A stretch of 64,000 bases of DNA from Eledone cirrhosa (Eukaryota): assembly GCA_964016885.1 (NCBI GenBank), contig OZ024743.1:287494001-287558000 (forward strand), read 5' to 3'. Below, piece by piece: positions 36,205-50,394 of the stretch. Under the pieces are notes generated by a model. It saw only the letters and a list, made by a program, of their open reading frames with translations. It searched no databases and was not told the origin of the DNA. The position numbers and the translations under genes are program-made. Each line of letters opens with the position of its first letter. Position 1 is the first letter of the stretch.

Positions 36205-39200
36205 CCGTTTTACGTCCGTTCTTCCACGCTAGCATGGGTTAGACGGGTTGTCCTGTTGTGGGCAGTGTCTGGTCGGCTGACCATGTCTTGCCCATACAGG
36301 AACTGATTTCGCTTGATTTCTACAGCTGGATGCCCTTCCTAACACCAACATCATTTACAGTGTTGCTGGGTGCTTTTTCGTGGCGCCTACACGTCCACTT
36401 TACAGTGTTGGCTGGGTGCTTTTTTGCCGTGACACCTCCACGACCACCTTGCGGTGGGGTGTGTGGGGGCATATTGTCTATATGCTTCAGCTTGTACCCA
36501 TGGGAGGTCGGGTACTCTGTATTACTGCGTGACGCCAGAAGTTACGGTCGTGTGTCATTGCCTTCGAGAGATGTAATTGGGTAAGGTCGGCTTTTATCAC
36601 CTCATCCCAGGTCATCTTGGGTCTCCCCACTCCGCGGTTTCCATCAACTTCTAGTGTTCTGCACCTTTTTATGCAGCTGTCATCCTTCATACGCATCACA
36701 TGTCCATACCAGCGCAACCGCCTCTCCTGCAGACAGCATTTGGTTCCTCTTATGCTCAGTCTCTCTCTCAATTCATTTATGCTTTGTCGTTCACGTATAT
36801 TACTGTTACACATCCATCGGAGCATGCAGGCTTCGTTTCTCTCTAATCTACGTAAGTCTTCCACCTTCAGCGCCCAGGTCTCACTACGATGTAACATTGC
36901 TGTTCGGATACACGCATCATACAGTCTGCCTTTCATTCTGAGGGAGAAGCCTTTTGCAGCTAGCAGTGGTAGTATTTCCCTAAACTTCTTCCATCCCGTT
37001 CTTACCCTAGTTATTGTACTTTCTGAACACCCACCTCCGCTGCTAATTCGATCACCTAGGCAGCAGAAGCTGTCTACTGTTTCTACAGAGCCCTCCCAGA
37101 GATTGGTCGTACTTGTTTCCTGTGGCTGTTTGCTGTCTCAGCACAGCTGCTGCATGTGAAGCCTACATTCTTAATTAAGCTTCCTGAGATCCCGCTACAT
37201 CTCTTGTGTACCCATTGTTTGCATTTGGGGGCAGAGAATGGAGTTCCTACCTACACCTTTCCTACATACTGAGCAAGGCCATTTCCCTGAGGGGATCTGG
37301 GTTCTGTTTTCTCGTCTACTTACAAGGACCTTAGTCTTTGTCATGTTGAATTTGAGACCCTTTCTTTCTAGTCCCTGCTTCCAAGTTTGGAATCTATTCT
37401 CTAGTTCTACCATAGATTCAGCTATGAGTGCGAGGTCATCAGCATACAGGAGTTCCCATGGGAATCCGGTCTTAAACTCCTCCGTTATTGCCTGCAGGAC
37501 TATGATGAACAGGAGGGGGCTAAGAACAGAGCCCTGGTGGACCCCAACCTGTACGCTAAATTCCTCGCTATACTCATTGCTAATCCTAACTTTGCTGACT
37601 GCTCCCCTATACATGGCTTGTACCGCTTTCACAAGCCATTCATCTACTCCTAGTTTTCTAAGAGCCCACCAGATTACAGCACGTGGAACTCTGTCAAAGG
37701 CTTTCTCAAGGTCGACAAATGTCAAGTAGAGTGGCTTACTTTTAGCGAGGTACTTTTCCTGTAATTGCCTCACAAGGAAGAGGGCATCAGTGGTGCCTCT
37801 TCCTGGTACAAACCCAAATTGCATCTCGTCTATTTTCACCCGGTCCCTAATCAACTGTGCTATAACTCTTTCTGTTACTTTCATGACCTGGTCCATCAAC
37901 TTTATACCTCTATAGTTTCCTCTATCTAGTGCATCGCCTTTACCTTTGTAGTAGTTGACAATGATGCTACTGCACCAATCTTTTGGTATGGCACCTTCTA
38001 GTATTACCTGGTTAACAATACGTGTGGTTATAGTGTGACCTACAGACCCAGATGCCTTCAGCATCTCGGCAGCTATACCCGATGGAGCGGTTGCCTTCCC
38101 CATCTTCATATCTTTGATTGCCTTACTTACTACGCTGCTGCTGACTTGTACTGCTGGTCCCTCTATAGGGTCTACTTGGGGTAGGGTCTCTTTTTCCCAT
38201 GCATTCTCCTCATTTAGTAATCTATCATAATGACTCTTCCATGCATCTTTCTTCTCAGCACTTGTGAGGGCAAGCTCACCTTTATCATTCCGGATACACT
38301 TCTCTCCAATGACATCACAACTATCTCTGACACACTGCCTCGCAATCTTGAATACCTCCTGTTTCTGGTCCTCACGTTGCAAAACATGCTTGAATTTTCT
38401 ATCCTCTGCTTCCCTCCTAGCTAACTATACTTGTCGCCTAGCTTCCCTCTTGGTCTCTATGCAATGTACCCTGCTCCCCCCGTTCTTCCATTCTTTTCAT
38501 GCCTGTCTCTTGGCCTTAACTGCTTCATCTACCTTATTGTTCCACCACCAAGTCACTCACCTCCTGCTTGAGGTCTTACTCCAGCCACAGACCTCATCCG
38601 TCGCCTCTAGTAAATTATTTTTTAGGAACTCCCAGTTCTCTTCTACATTAAATGTCTCTATCTGGTCTTCTTTACTGTCGTAGGCGTTGAGTAAAATATC
38701 TTTAAATCTGTTACTGGTTGAGGGGACTTTCAGCTTCCAGATCTTTCTTCTCCAGGTTGGCCTCTGTTTCCGGGTTCGTCTAGTTCTGACCGTGAGGTCG
38801 CTGACAACTAAGCTATGTTGGGATGTACATTCCTCACTAGGGAAGGCTTTTGTGTTTACGACCGTCCATCTGTCACGTCCTCTGATGAGGATAAAATCTA
38901 ACTGACTAGAGTGCTCCCTTGATCTATAGGTGATCAGGTGGTTGTCGGTTTTTTTAAAGTTTGTGTTACATATCGACATGTCATTGGCGTCGCAGAATTC
39001 TAGAAGTCTGAATCCTTCGTCATTCCTTGTGCCAACCCCATGGCCTCCATGTACTCTATTGAAGCCGTCGCAGTGTTTACCTACGTGTCCGTTAAAATCT
39101 CCTGCGATGATTAGGAAGTCATTGTCGTCTGTTAGAGCAGTAGTGTGCATTAGGGACTCGTAAAACCTATCCTTAAGTTCGTCTGGCAGCCCCGATTGGG

Positions 39201-39372
39201 GTGCGTAAGCTGATATTATTGTGGTAATTGTTTTATTCAGGACTAGTCTGAGTTTAATGATTCTTGCATTTACCCTGTACACTGAGATTACTTTATCTAC
39301 CCACTTGTCAGCTAGTAGTATACCTACACCACCCATCCCATCGTCATTTCCCACCCAGAAAAATTTGTAGCA
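36174..39372 (-). mobile_element. Near full-length RTE LINE (APE endonuclease 38557-39354, RT 37195-38382, PHD-like finger, C-terminus 36487-36936), frameshifted
   Basis: GVGILL, ISAYAPQ, IAGDFNGHVG, QLDFIL, SQHSLV (APE), RT motifs, (TGA)n tail at 36174-36203. Same family as 2164-4261 but clearly diverged. Confidence 0.93.
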
Positions 39373-39437
39373 CCGACTTTTTCCTACAAGGACTCTGGCA
39401 GAGTATATACATACTACTGTACGTCTGTATACATACT

Positions 39438-39584
<147 letters not shown>

Positions 39585-39711
39585 GTGTGTGTGCATGTAA
39601 AAGGTAAACAGAAATAACATCACAATCGGTACAGTATATGGAAGGTATATATTAGGTTAACGCTTGAAATAGCAGGAAGAGGGTCTTAACGTTTCGGACG
39701 CTAGTCCTTAT

Positions 39712-39744
<33 letters not shown>

Positions 39745-41206
39745 GTAATGCTTTCTTATACTCAATATTTTTCCTCCTTAACTAAACTAAAATAATATAA
39801 GCATTAATTTGATAAGATGAATTGAAACATTTGTAAAGCTATTAAATAGTTTAAAGTAATCTACTGTGTCATCTCATATTGTTATATATATAATATATAT
39901 ATAGTTTTAGTCGATTATATAAACACTAGTACCTATCTTTCAGTTACTGATGTCTATATGATCGACTGGTGTCTATATATCAGGAAGAGGGCCTCAGTTC
40001 ATAGAAACCTGGAGAAGGATGTGCCCCATCAGGTTTAAAAATGCCTAAGATAGAGCCCGTACGATTCCATTAGAAGTTGAGGGATCTAGGAAAGTTAACG
40101 ATAGGTGTAATATCGAACCAAGGTAAGAAGCCTTTTGTAATGGAGCGGCCTGTTTGAAGTAGCACCAAATCCCTATAAATCAATAACATAATGGTTTCTT
40201 ATATAGGCACAAGGCCAGCAATTTTGGGGGAGGGGAAAGTCGATTAAATCGACCCCAGTGAGTGACTGGTGCTTTATTTTATCGACCCCGCAAGGATGAA
40301 AAGCAAAGTTAACCTCGGCAGGATTTGAACCGAGACCGCAAAGGGCCGTAACTCTATGCTGCAAAACATGGTGTCCGATTCTCTACCGATACTGCAAACC
40401 CACCGATTATATAATGTCACCCTAGATATAGAAAAGACGGTGTGGACACGGTTAGAAATCCTTGGATCAAAAGTCTACTCGATCAAAGCTGATATAAGAC
40501 TAAATAAAAACATACGATCATCCCATTGGCAGAGGTATTAAAGCGTCAGACGATATGGCTTGTGGTATTTGTTCCAGATCTTTGTGTTCTGAGTACAAAT
40601 CCCTCTGTGACCTTCATGAGTGGTAGACTTAATTCGCCATCTGATCCACTCAGTTACACACATTTGGATAAGGTCTCTAGTTGGAGGATATCTTCTTCCC
40701 TTCAGTCTGAGAGGCCCCGAAAAGAGTGATGGGCATTGTTCTTGCCTCCCCAATTAAACAGTCCCCCTCCAAAAGCTTGAAGCGTTGGGAAATTTGAAAT
40801 TTGAAAGTATAGTTATCCCAGTGAAGGCATAATGGTTAAATACCCTCACTCGGCTTACGAGAGATGCGAAGTTCGATTTCTTGAAAGCGTTTCTGTCAAC
40901 TTTTTCCCCGTCTCCAGGGTTACTAAACCTGATTATTTCAAGTTTTATTTATAGTAATTAAATATTATTATAGTTAGGGTCGCACGCCATGCTTTGCAGC
41001 AATGAGTTACGGCGCTTTATGATTTGAGTTCAAATCCCGCCGAGGTTAACTTTGCCTTCCATCCTTACGGGGTCGATAAAATAAAGTACCAGTAATACAC
41101 TGGGAAAAATTACTGGCCTTGTGCCAAAAGTAGAAACAATTATAGTTTCTGCATTGAGGTGACCTTTTCGAATTTCCCAAAGAAAAACAACAACAGCAAC
41201 AACGTC

Positions 41207-41247
<41 letters not shown>

Positions 41248-41654
41248 AATAAATAAAAACAAAGAACGGTTAAAAAAAACACAATTACACATCCCAATAC
41301 ACCAGGGTACGACAGAAAGCACTTTAGAAATCACGGTGCTCTACCGATTTATATAAAATAAAATAATGTTAACATTCTAACTTTTCTCTCAAGTTATAAA
41401 GAACTACCATATATCATTAATTCCAACTAATTATTGGTTTTTGGTAATTAGCACGACATGGTCTTATGGTGCTTTCGTATGATCTATTCTCGGAACCAAT
41501 TGGAAGCAGTTTCAATTCTCAGCGGTGGTGTTGTAAATGAATTTGATCTCATTTCGTTTTCAAGTGTGGTCCATCGAGGTGATCCGAATTTCGCTAAGAT
41601 TCACCAATGAACAAGCAATTGGTACCCTGTAGTAATGTTAACATATTTTGCAAA

Positions 41655-41706
<52 letters not shown>

Positions 41707-41927
41707 GTGTATGTGTGTATGTGTGTATTTGTGTGTATATATATATACACATTTAAGTACACACACCCTCACCTATTTCTCTCCACTAACAAACACTCTC
41801 ATTTGCATACGTTCTAATACTCTTCTTCACCCATCCCATATCTTACACACATACACACATACATATATAATACATATATACATACATACATTCATGTTCC
41901 CCTTCATGCCGTTTCTCTCTCACCTCT

Positions 41928-41965
<38 letters not shown>

Positions 41966-41966
41966 A

Positions 41967-42000
<34 letters not shown>

Positions 42001-42189
42001 GTATATACACACACACATATATGGGTGCACAACAACAAACAGAACATCAGCATTAACAAGAACAACATGAACGAATTAACACCCTTACCACCACCATCAC
42101 CACCATCATCACCACCACCATCACCACCATCATCATCACCCGATTCAAACACCAATTAACATCTAGATGACGTGTAAAACGTGTTACAC

Positions 42190-42291
<102 letters not shown>

Positions 42292-42732
42292 ACACACACA
42301 TATATATGTATTCATATTGTTATACTTTGGGAGGGTCATGCTGCCAATAAAAACACATGCTCTTGTTAGTTTTTACTTCAATGTATTTCCGGTTGGTTAG
42401 TTTAATAACCGGATGGTTGTTTATTCATATAGTGTCAAAGCTCTTTCGTCACACATTCTGTGACCTCCCCAGTTTCCTGTTTTTTGTCTCTCCTGTGTTC
42501 TATCCTACACCATCTCTTGTTTTTGTGTGTTGTAAAACAAATTAAAAAACTATATATATATGAAAAATTCGGGACCCTGACGGCAGGAGCTCAGCCGTCG
42601 GGGTCTCGAATTTTTCATATTACCCAATTTTTCTCTACTACTCCAATTATCGAGTATTCTGGTGAGTAATGGTGTAACTCGTTTTTTTACTGCTTTCATT
42701 CTGATATATATATGTTGTTATTTCTGTTTACC

Positions 42733-42812
<80 letters not shown>

Positions 42813-43112
42813 TTCCTTTTATTTTTAACTTATTTACATTTTCTTAAACGAAAATCCCATTGCTGAACTCTACCGCGTAGTGAATAGCTGAATTCCACTA
42901 TTATAGGGTTTCTGAGGAAATGTAATAAATAATTAAGTATTGCATATGATTGAACAATATATATTGTAGTCAGCATATGTAGACAATTTTTACTAGGCAC
43001 AGAAACATGTTAAAGCAACTAAATTCATAATCTCTTCACGCCGATGTTTTAGTTTTCTTGTTGCAACACTTGCTTTTACTAGCAAACGTTCAATCATCTG
43101 ACAGGAAGGTAT

Positions 43113-43155
43113 ACGATGCTGACGATAGCTAATAAGCTTGAAACTAGTTCATCGT
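43113..43155 (+). ncRNA. Minimal type I hammerhead ribozyme in a diverged monomer (about 43085-43420)
   Basis: ACGATG-CTGACGA-T-AGCT-AATA-AGCT-T-GAAAC-TA-GTT-CATCGT. Confidence 0.8.
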
Positions 43156-43273
43156 TCCTGTGTCAGTGTTGAACAAAAGGGCAACGATGGTTGCCGAACA
43201 CTGTACGGCTTAATTCGGACTGTTTGTTTACAAACAAACCGAACATTATAATAAATGTTCGGTAAACCCATAC

Positions 43274-43360
<87 letters not shown>

Positions 43361-43424
43361 CATGTATGTATATATATACATACTACTGTACGTCTGTATA
43401 CATATATGTATGTACGTATACATA

Positions 43425-43463
<39 letters not shown>

Positions 43464-43766
43464 TGAAACAAAATGAAAACGAAATTTCATTTCTCACTCT
43501 TAGTATGGCACTTACTTAAATGTAAGTATGCATGTATACGTACATACATATATGTATACAGACGTACAGTAGCATGCACATATATATATATATATACATA
43601 TATACATACATATGCATACAGGTACACATACATATATGCACGTATCAGTTTAGCGGCGCTTATTATAACGTCGCTTTGTTCGTTTGTAAACAAACTGAAC
43701 AGCCTGAATTTATGCCATACGGTGTTAAGGCAACCACGTCACCTTTTTGTTCAACACTGACACAGG

Positions 43767-43811
43767 AACGATGTACTAGTTTCAAGCTTGTTAGCTATCA
43801 TCAGCACCGTT
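43767..43811 (-). ncRNA. Hammerhead ribozyme (inverted unit)
   Basis: Reverse complement of the 44491-44535 motif. Confidence 0.85.
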
Positions 43812-44490
43812 TACCCATCTGCCAGATAGTTGAACGTTCGAAAGTATATACTTTCCTTATGAAAATTAACGGCTGAGCAGCCTAATTTGCATATTGAGTG
43901 AGTTAAATCGGTCAGGCATACCGAAAACGATAAATTGAAACAAAATGAAAACGAAATTTCATTTCTCACTCTTAGTATGGCACTTACTTAAATGTAAGTA
44001 TGCATGTACACGTACATACATATATGTATACAGACGTACAGTAGCATGCACATATATATATATATATACATATATACATACATATGCATACAGGTACACA
44101 TACATATATGCACGTATCAGTTTAGCGGCGCTTATTATAACGTCGCTTTGTTCGTTTGTAAACAAACTGAACAGCCTGAATTTATGCCATACGGTGTTAA
44201 GGCAACCACGTCACCTTTTTGTTCAACACTGACACAGGAACGATGTACTTGTTTCAAGCTTGTTAGCTATGTATACATATATGTATGTACGTATACATGC
44301 ATACTTACATTTAAGTAAGTGCCATACTAAGAGTGAGAAATGAAATTTCGTTTTCATTTTGTTTCAATTTATCGTTTTCGGTATGCCTGACCGATTTAAC
44401 TCACTCAATATGCAAATTAGGCTGCTCAGCCGTTAATTTTCATAAGGAAAGTATATACTTTCGAACGTTCAACTATCTGGCAGATGGGTA

Positions 44491-44535
44491 AACGGTGCTG
44501 ATGATAGCTAACAAGCTTGAAACTAGTACATCGTT
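44491..44535 (+). ncRNA. Minimal type I hammerhead ribozyme, predicted cleavage after 44528 (GUA)
   Basis: AACGGTG-CTGATGA-T-AGCT-AACA-AGCT-T-GAAAC-TA-GTA-CATCGTT: full consensus core, 7-bp stem I, 4-bp stem II, palindromic ACTAGT stem III. Confidence 0.9.
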
Positions 44536-44962
44536 CCTGTGTCAGTGTTGAACAAAAAGGTGACGTGGTTGCCTTAACACCGTATGGCATAAATTCAGGC
44601 TGTTCAGTTTATTTACAAACGAACAAAGCGACGTTATAATAAGCGCCGCTAAACTGATACGTGCATATATGTATGTGTACCTGTATGCATATGTATGTAT
44701 ATATGTATATATATATATATATGTGCATGCTACTGTACGTCTGTATACATATATGTATGTACGTATACATGCATACTTACATTTAAGTAAGTGCCATACT
44801 AAGAGTGAGAAATGAAATTTCGTTTTCATTTTGTTTCAATTTATCGTTTTCGGTATGCCTGACCGATTTAACTCACTCAATATGCAAATTAGGCTGCTCA
44901 GCCGTTAATTTTCATAAGGAAAGTATATACTTTCGAACGTTCAACTATCTGGCAGATGGGTA

Positions 44963-45007
44963 AACGGTGCTGATGATAGCTAACAAGCTTGAAACTAGTA
45001 CATCGTT
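44963..45007 (+). ncRNA. Hammerhead ribozyme, predicted cleavage after 45000
   Basis: Identical to 44491-44535. Confidence 0.9.
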
Positions 45008-45434
45008 CCTATGTCAGTGTTGAACAAAAAGGTGACGTGGTTGCCTTAACACCGTATGGCATAAATTCAGGCTGTTCAGTTTGTTTACAAACGAACAAAG
45101 CGACGTTATAATAAGCGCCGCTAAACTGATACGTGCATATATGTATGTGTACCTGTATGCATATGTATGTATATATGTATATATATATATATATGTGCAT
45201 GCTACTGTACGTCTGTATACATATATGTATGTACGTGTACATGCATACTTACATTTAAGTAAGTGCCATACTAAGAGTGAGAAATGAAATTTCGTTTTCA
45301 TTTTGTTTCAATTTATCGTTTTCGGTATGCCTGACCGATTTAACTCACTCAATATGCAAATTAGGCTGCTCAGCCGTTAATTTTCATAAGGAAAGTATAT
45401 ACTTTCGAACGTTCAACTATCTGGCAGATGGGTA

Positions 45435-45479
45435 AACGGTGCTGATGATAGCTAACAAGCTTGAAACTAGTACATCATT
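45435..45479 (+). ncRNA. Hammerhead ribozyme, predicted cleavage after 45472 (one stem I mismatch)
   Basis: Same core; the 3' arm is CATCATT. Confidence 0.85.
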
Positions 45480-45724
45480 CCTGTGTCAGTGTTGAACAAA
45501 AAGGTGACGTGGTTGCCTTAACACCGTATGGCATAAATTCAGGCTGTTCAGTTTGTTTACAAACGAACAAAGCGACGTTATAATAAGCGCCGCTAAACTG
45601 ATACGTGCATATATGTATGTGTACCTGTATGCATATGTATGTATATATGTATATATATATATATATGTGCATGCTACTGTACGTCTGTATACATATATGT
45701 ATGTACGTATACATGCATACTTAC

Positions 45725-45775
<51 letters not shown>

Positions 45776-46217
45776 ACTGTATACATATATACACTCACTC
45801 ATAATTGTACACAATGTCACGTGCTTTCTATTTATGTGCTTCTTTCACTTTCGTGAATCCACTTGGACTCAGTATATGTGTCTGTGTGTGTCTGTACGTG
45901 TGCGCCTTCTATACACGGAGTTCATACCGCGGTAAACGGCGTTTAAACAATAAAAATTAAGAATAAAATAAAATATATTAAAATATAACGAAGAAACAAA
46001 TAAATAGAAGAATAAATCAATAGACAAAGCATGGAAAGGATTCTCTGATGTACCTCTGTTGTAAACCTTATTGCGTGGCTTTAGGCTAAACGCCTCTCAA
46101 TCCTCCACCTACCATCCATTCAGCAAAGGGAGGTTATCTATCAGCTAACATCACATCTATGACATGAAACTCCTCCAAACGTAAACACAGAAACACGTAT
46201 GCACACACACACGCGCG

Positions 46218-46344
<127 letters not shown>

Positions 46345-46414
46345 CTATATATATACACATATTTGTATATATGCATATATATATATATGCATGTATATAT
46401 ATATATATGCATGT

Positions 46415-46448
<34 letters not shown>

Positions 46449-47774
46449 TTATATATATAATGTGTGTGTCTGTGTAAGATGTCTGTCCGAGTGTGCATGT
46501 GTGTTGAGGAAATGTTCAAGAACAACAACAGCAGTTACAACAACAAACAGCAGTAAAATGTACGGAATCTTGCCATAGATAATCGTTTTTTCGACCTTTG
46601 CGATTGATAATACTTTAAAACAACAACTACAACAACAACAGCGATAGCAACAGCAGCAACAACAACCTTAACCAGTACAACTAAAACAGCAGAAATAAGA
46701 ATTACACAAATAACAACAACAACAGCAACCATAACTACAACAGCAACAACCAAAACAACTACAACGACAACAACACAAACAATTACAACTACTGCAACAG
46801 CAACAACAACAATTACAACTGGAACAACGGCTACGAAACAATACAACCTCACTTTAGATTAGCAGACGATTTGATCTAGTTGTTTGTGTTCTGGGTTCAA
46901 ATTTCCTGGCCTACTTTGATAGTAGACTTAATTCGTCGCTTCGTTTCAAACTCCCACTTGGGTGGATTCAACAAAATCCACTTTGTTCCGACGCTTTATG
47001 TTCTGAGTTCAAATCCCACCGAGTTCAACTTTGCCTTTTATCCCCGCCGAGGTCGATAAAATATCATCAATATCAACATCATCACCATTACCATTACCAC
47101 ATTCACTATCAACACCACCCATTTCATCACCATTACCACCCATACCATCACCATTACCCCCATCACTATCAACACTACCCATACCATCACCATTACCACC
47201 ATCACCATCAACACCACTCTTACCATCACTATTACCACCATCACTACCAACATCACCCCTACCATCACCATTACCACCATCACTATCAACACCACCATTA
47301 TCAACACCATCATTATTACCACCATCACTATTATCTCCACTCTAACCATCACCATCACCACTATCATTACCAACACCACCCCTACCGTCACCATCACCAT
47401 CACTATCACTACCAACACCACCCCTACCATCAGCATCCCTACCGACACCAGTCAAGTACTAAAGTACCAGTCAGGTCCTGGGTTTGATATAATTGAGTTG
47501 TCCTTGCCCATACATTTACTAACTTTGTGCTAAAATTTGAAACCATATTTAGATTTCAAGTAAATTTAATGTAAATATGACTACAGCTTTTGAATTAGAA
47601 GCCTTCGCTGTGAAAAGAATGAAGTTTCAACACTTTCTACTATTCCCACGTAAACAAAAACATAAGAGATTACCTGTGTGCATTTCGGAGATTTTATAAC
47701 TGCACCCATGATTCTGTCGACACAGGAATCTACTAATATATTAGCCTTGTGTAATTGTCCGTCACACACTAGAG

Positions 47775-48192
47775 ATGACTAAAGAAGGAACGGGTGATTA
47801 CGTCAACTGAAGAAGGAAGGAGTGATAACGTCGACTAAAGAAGGAACGGGTGATTACGTCAACTGAGGAAGGAAGGAGTGATAACGTCGACTAAAGAAGG
47901 AACGGGTGATTATGTCAACTGAGGAAGGAAGGAGTGATAACGTCGACTAAAGAAGGAACGGGTGATTACGTCGACTGAGGAAGAAGGAAGAAGTGATAAC
48001 TTCGACCGAGGAAGGAAGGAATGATTACGTCGACCGAGGAATGAAGGAGTGATTACGTCGACCGAGGAAGGAAGGGGTGATTACGTCGACTTAGGAAGGA
48101 AGGGGTGATTACGTCGACCGAGGAAGGAAGGGGTGATTACGTCGACTGAAGAAGGAAGGGGTAATTATGTCGACTGAAGAAGGAAGGGGTGT
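47775..48192. repeat. ~29-bp minisatellite (GTGATTACGTCGACTGAGGAAGGAAGGG), about 14 units, with dimeric higher-order structure at the left end
   Basis: Direct reading. Confidence 0.92.
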
Positions 48193-49452
48193 CTAATATA
48201 GATACATCTATGTGATGACTGAGGAGAGTATGTGTGAGAAACTATTGAGGTCCAGCGTTCTAAGATTCGTCACAGTTGTGTTTGTATGTTTGTATCACTT
48301 GTGTGAGTGAGCGCAAAGGAACCAACCAACAATCACCTCTTTTTTACATTATGTATATATATTACAATTAGCCGTCATTTTTGATGGGTCGGGGCCAGCT
48401 AGTCTTATTATAATAGCGCTATATATATAATGTAGGGTGTCGAATATAACTGAAATGGTCAGTCTCCATCTTTTCCTTAACGGTGATCAGGTGAGGTCAC
48501 CGTTCACTGGGAGCGTGTTTCTTCAGCTCTTCTCCTCAATGGAGCTCCAGTCTCGAGTCAAGCAAATACCGAGAGGGAGCGCATGGAAACTGGACTGACT
48601 TCAAGCGCCCACAGCCCTCTACCAATCTGGCAGTACGATCGGTGGAGACTCCACATTGGCGTTCTATAGAAGGTTAGTAATGAGCAAAAGCGACGACGTT
48701 CTTGGGGAAATTCTGGGCATCGATGAAAATCATCTAGCGACATTTTTCGGGAGGACTTTCGCTCTACGGCCCATGGATAACTTCCAGAAATCCCTGGCCT
48801 AGCAATGCTACCGGGAAGCTTTGCCAGTTCGAGATAAACTCTCAGGCATGGAAGTGCGGTCAGCCAAGTTTGTCCTAGATGCGTGCAGGGCGACGAAACC
48901 GTCCTACAAGCACTCGTCTAGTGTTCGAGCATTGTTGACCAATGGGTTTATGTTGAATACTTGCTGTCCCGTGTAGGACGAATCCGGCTATCAACTGAGT
49001 CCAGTGTGAGATTGCCCCCTCCCACCTTCCTTTAGTCAGGAAGGGCAGGCTGTTTTTATCTGTCTGGTGGTTATGGCGAAAGAAGTTGTATGGCGGACAC
49101 GTTTGAAAGGGTTGAAGACCAGCACTTTCCTCTTCGGCGAAGCCCTGATTAACTTTTTCAGGTTTCACTTGAAGAGAAAAATCAGGGTAGAGAATGAAGT
49201 GCTGCTTCCAAGCAGTTTATTGTAAGGTGTGTGAGAAAGGTGAGCATGACTCGAGTGAATGTGTACCTGTAGATTGAAGGAGGACAACTGGGACAGGGCA
49301 CTTGCCCTAGAGATCAGGGCACCCGTAGTTTTATGGGGTTTTTTTCTACGAGCAGCCCTCAAATGTCTCCTCCCTATTGAGGAATGCCCTTTGTTTAATT
49401 GTTATTGTTACCTGTCTTTTTAAAATTGTTTACACGTAAAACTCACACACCA

Positions 49453-49570
<118 letters not shown>

Positions 49571-50394
49571 TGTTTTCGTTCCGTGCCGTCCTAATGTTTT
49601 TCTTGATGTTAATCCTTGTGGTGAATAGAAATCATTATTATTATATCCCGCCGAGGTTAACTTTGCCTTTCATCCTTACCGGGTCGATAAAATAAAGCAC
49701 CAGTAATGCACTGGGGTCATTTTGATCGACTTCACACCCCACTGCCAAATTACTGGCCTTGTGCCTATAGTAGAAATCATTATCATTATTATTAAAGATG
49801 GTGAAATGGCAGAATTGGTAGAGGGTCGGATAAAATGTCATTGCAGTATTTGTTCTGGTTATTTACGATCTGAGTTCAAATCTCGTCGAGGTTAGTTTTG
49901 CCTTTCATCCTTATGGGGTAAATAAAATAAAGTACTAGTCACACACTGGTGCCGATTTAATCGACCCCCCCCCCCCCCCCCAAAAAAAAAACTTGTTGGC
50001 CTTGTGCCTAAATCAAAAACCATTATTATTACTATTGTACTATTGAATGTGCTTCAATGTCAACAGCCGACTGACTGTATTTATCCAGTAATAGAACATA
50101 ATAGAGTGCTAGTGCCAAACCAATGATGATGACGACGATGATGTTGGTGGTAATGATGATGACGATGATGATGATGGTAATGAATACGACGACAAAGATA
50201 AACTTATTTTATTTGCAATGAGGGCTTCGACAACTACAGCAACAACACAAACAATCACACAGACAAATACATAAGAATAAATAAAGAAAAAGAAAAAGAA
50301 AACGAAAAAGAAAACGAAAAAGAAAACGAAAAAGAAAAAGAAAAATAGTAATCAAGAAGAAGAAGGGTCGAGTCGAGCGTATGGTAATGAATCT

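Larger units (their letters stand above)
43460..45729 (+). repeat. 472-bp hammerhead-containing tandem array (about 1.7 inverted units 43460-44270, then about 3.1 direct units 44270-45729)
   Basis: Identical landmarks recur every 472 bp (track ORFs 43473/43945 and 44542/45014); flanked by (TA)n on both sides. Confidence 0.93.

Noticed and set aside
43473-45301. Repeated 95-aa [13 protein letters not shown]...
   Set aside because: It recurs only because the 472-bp unit repeats; it is low-complexity and antisense to the ribozyme strand.
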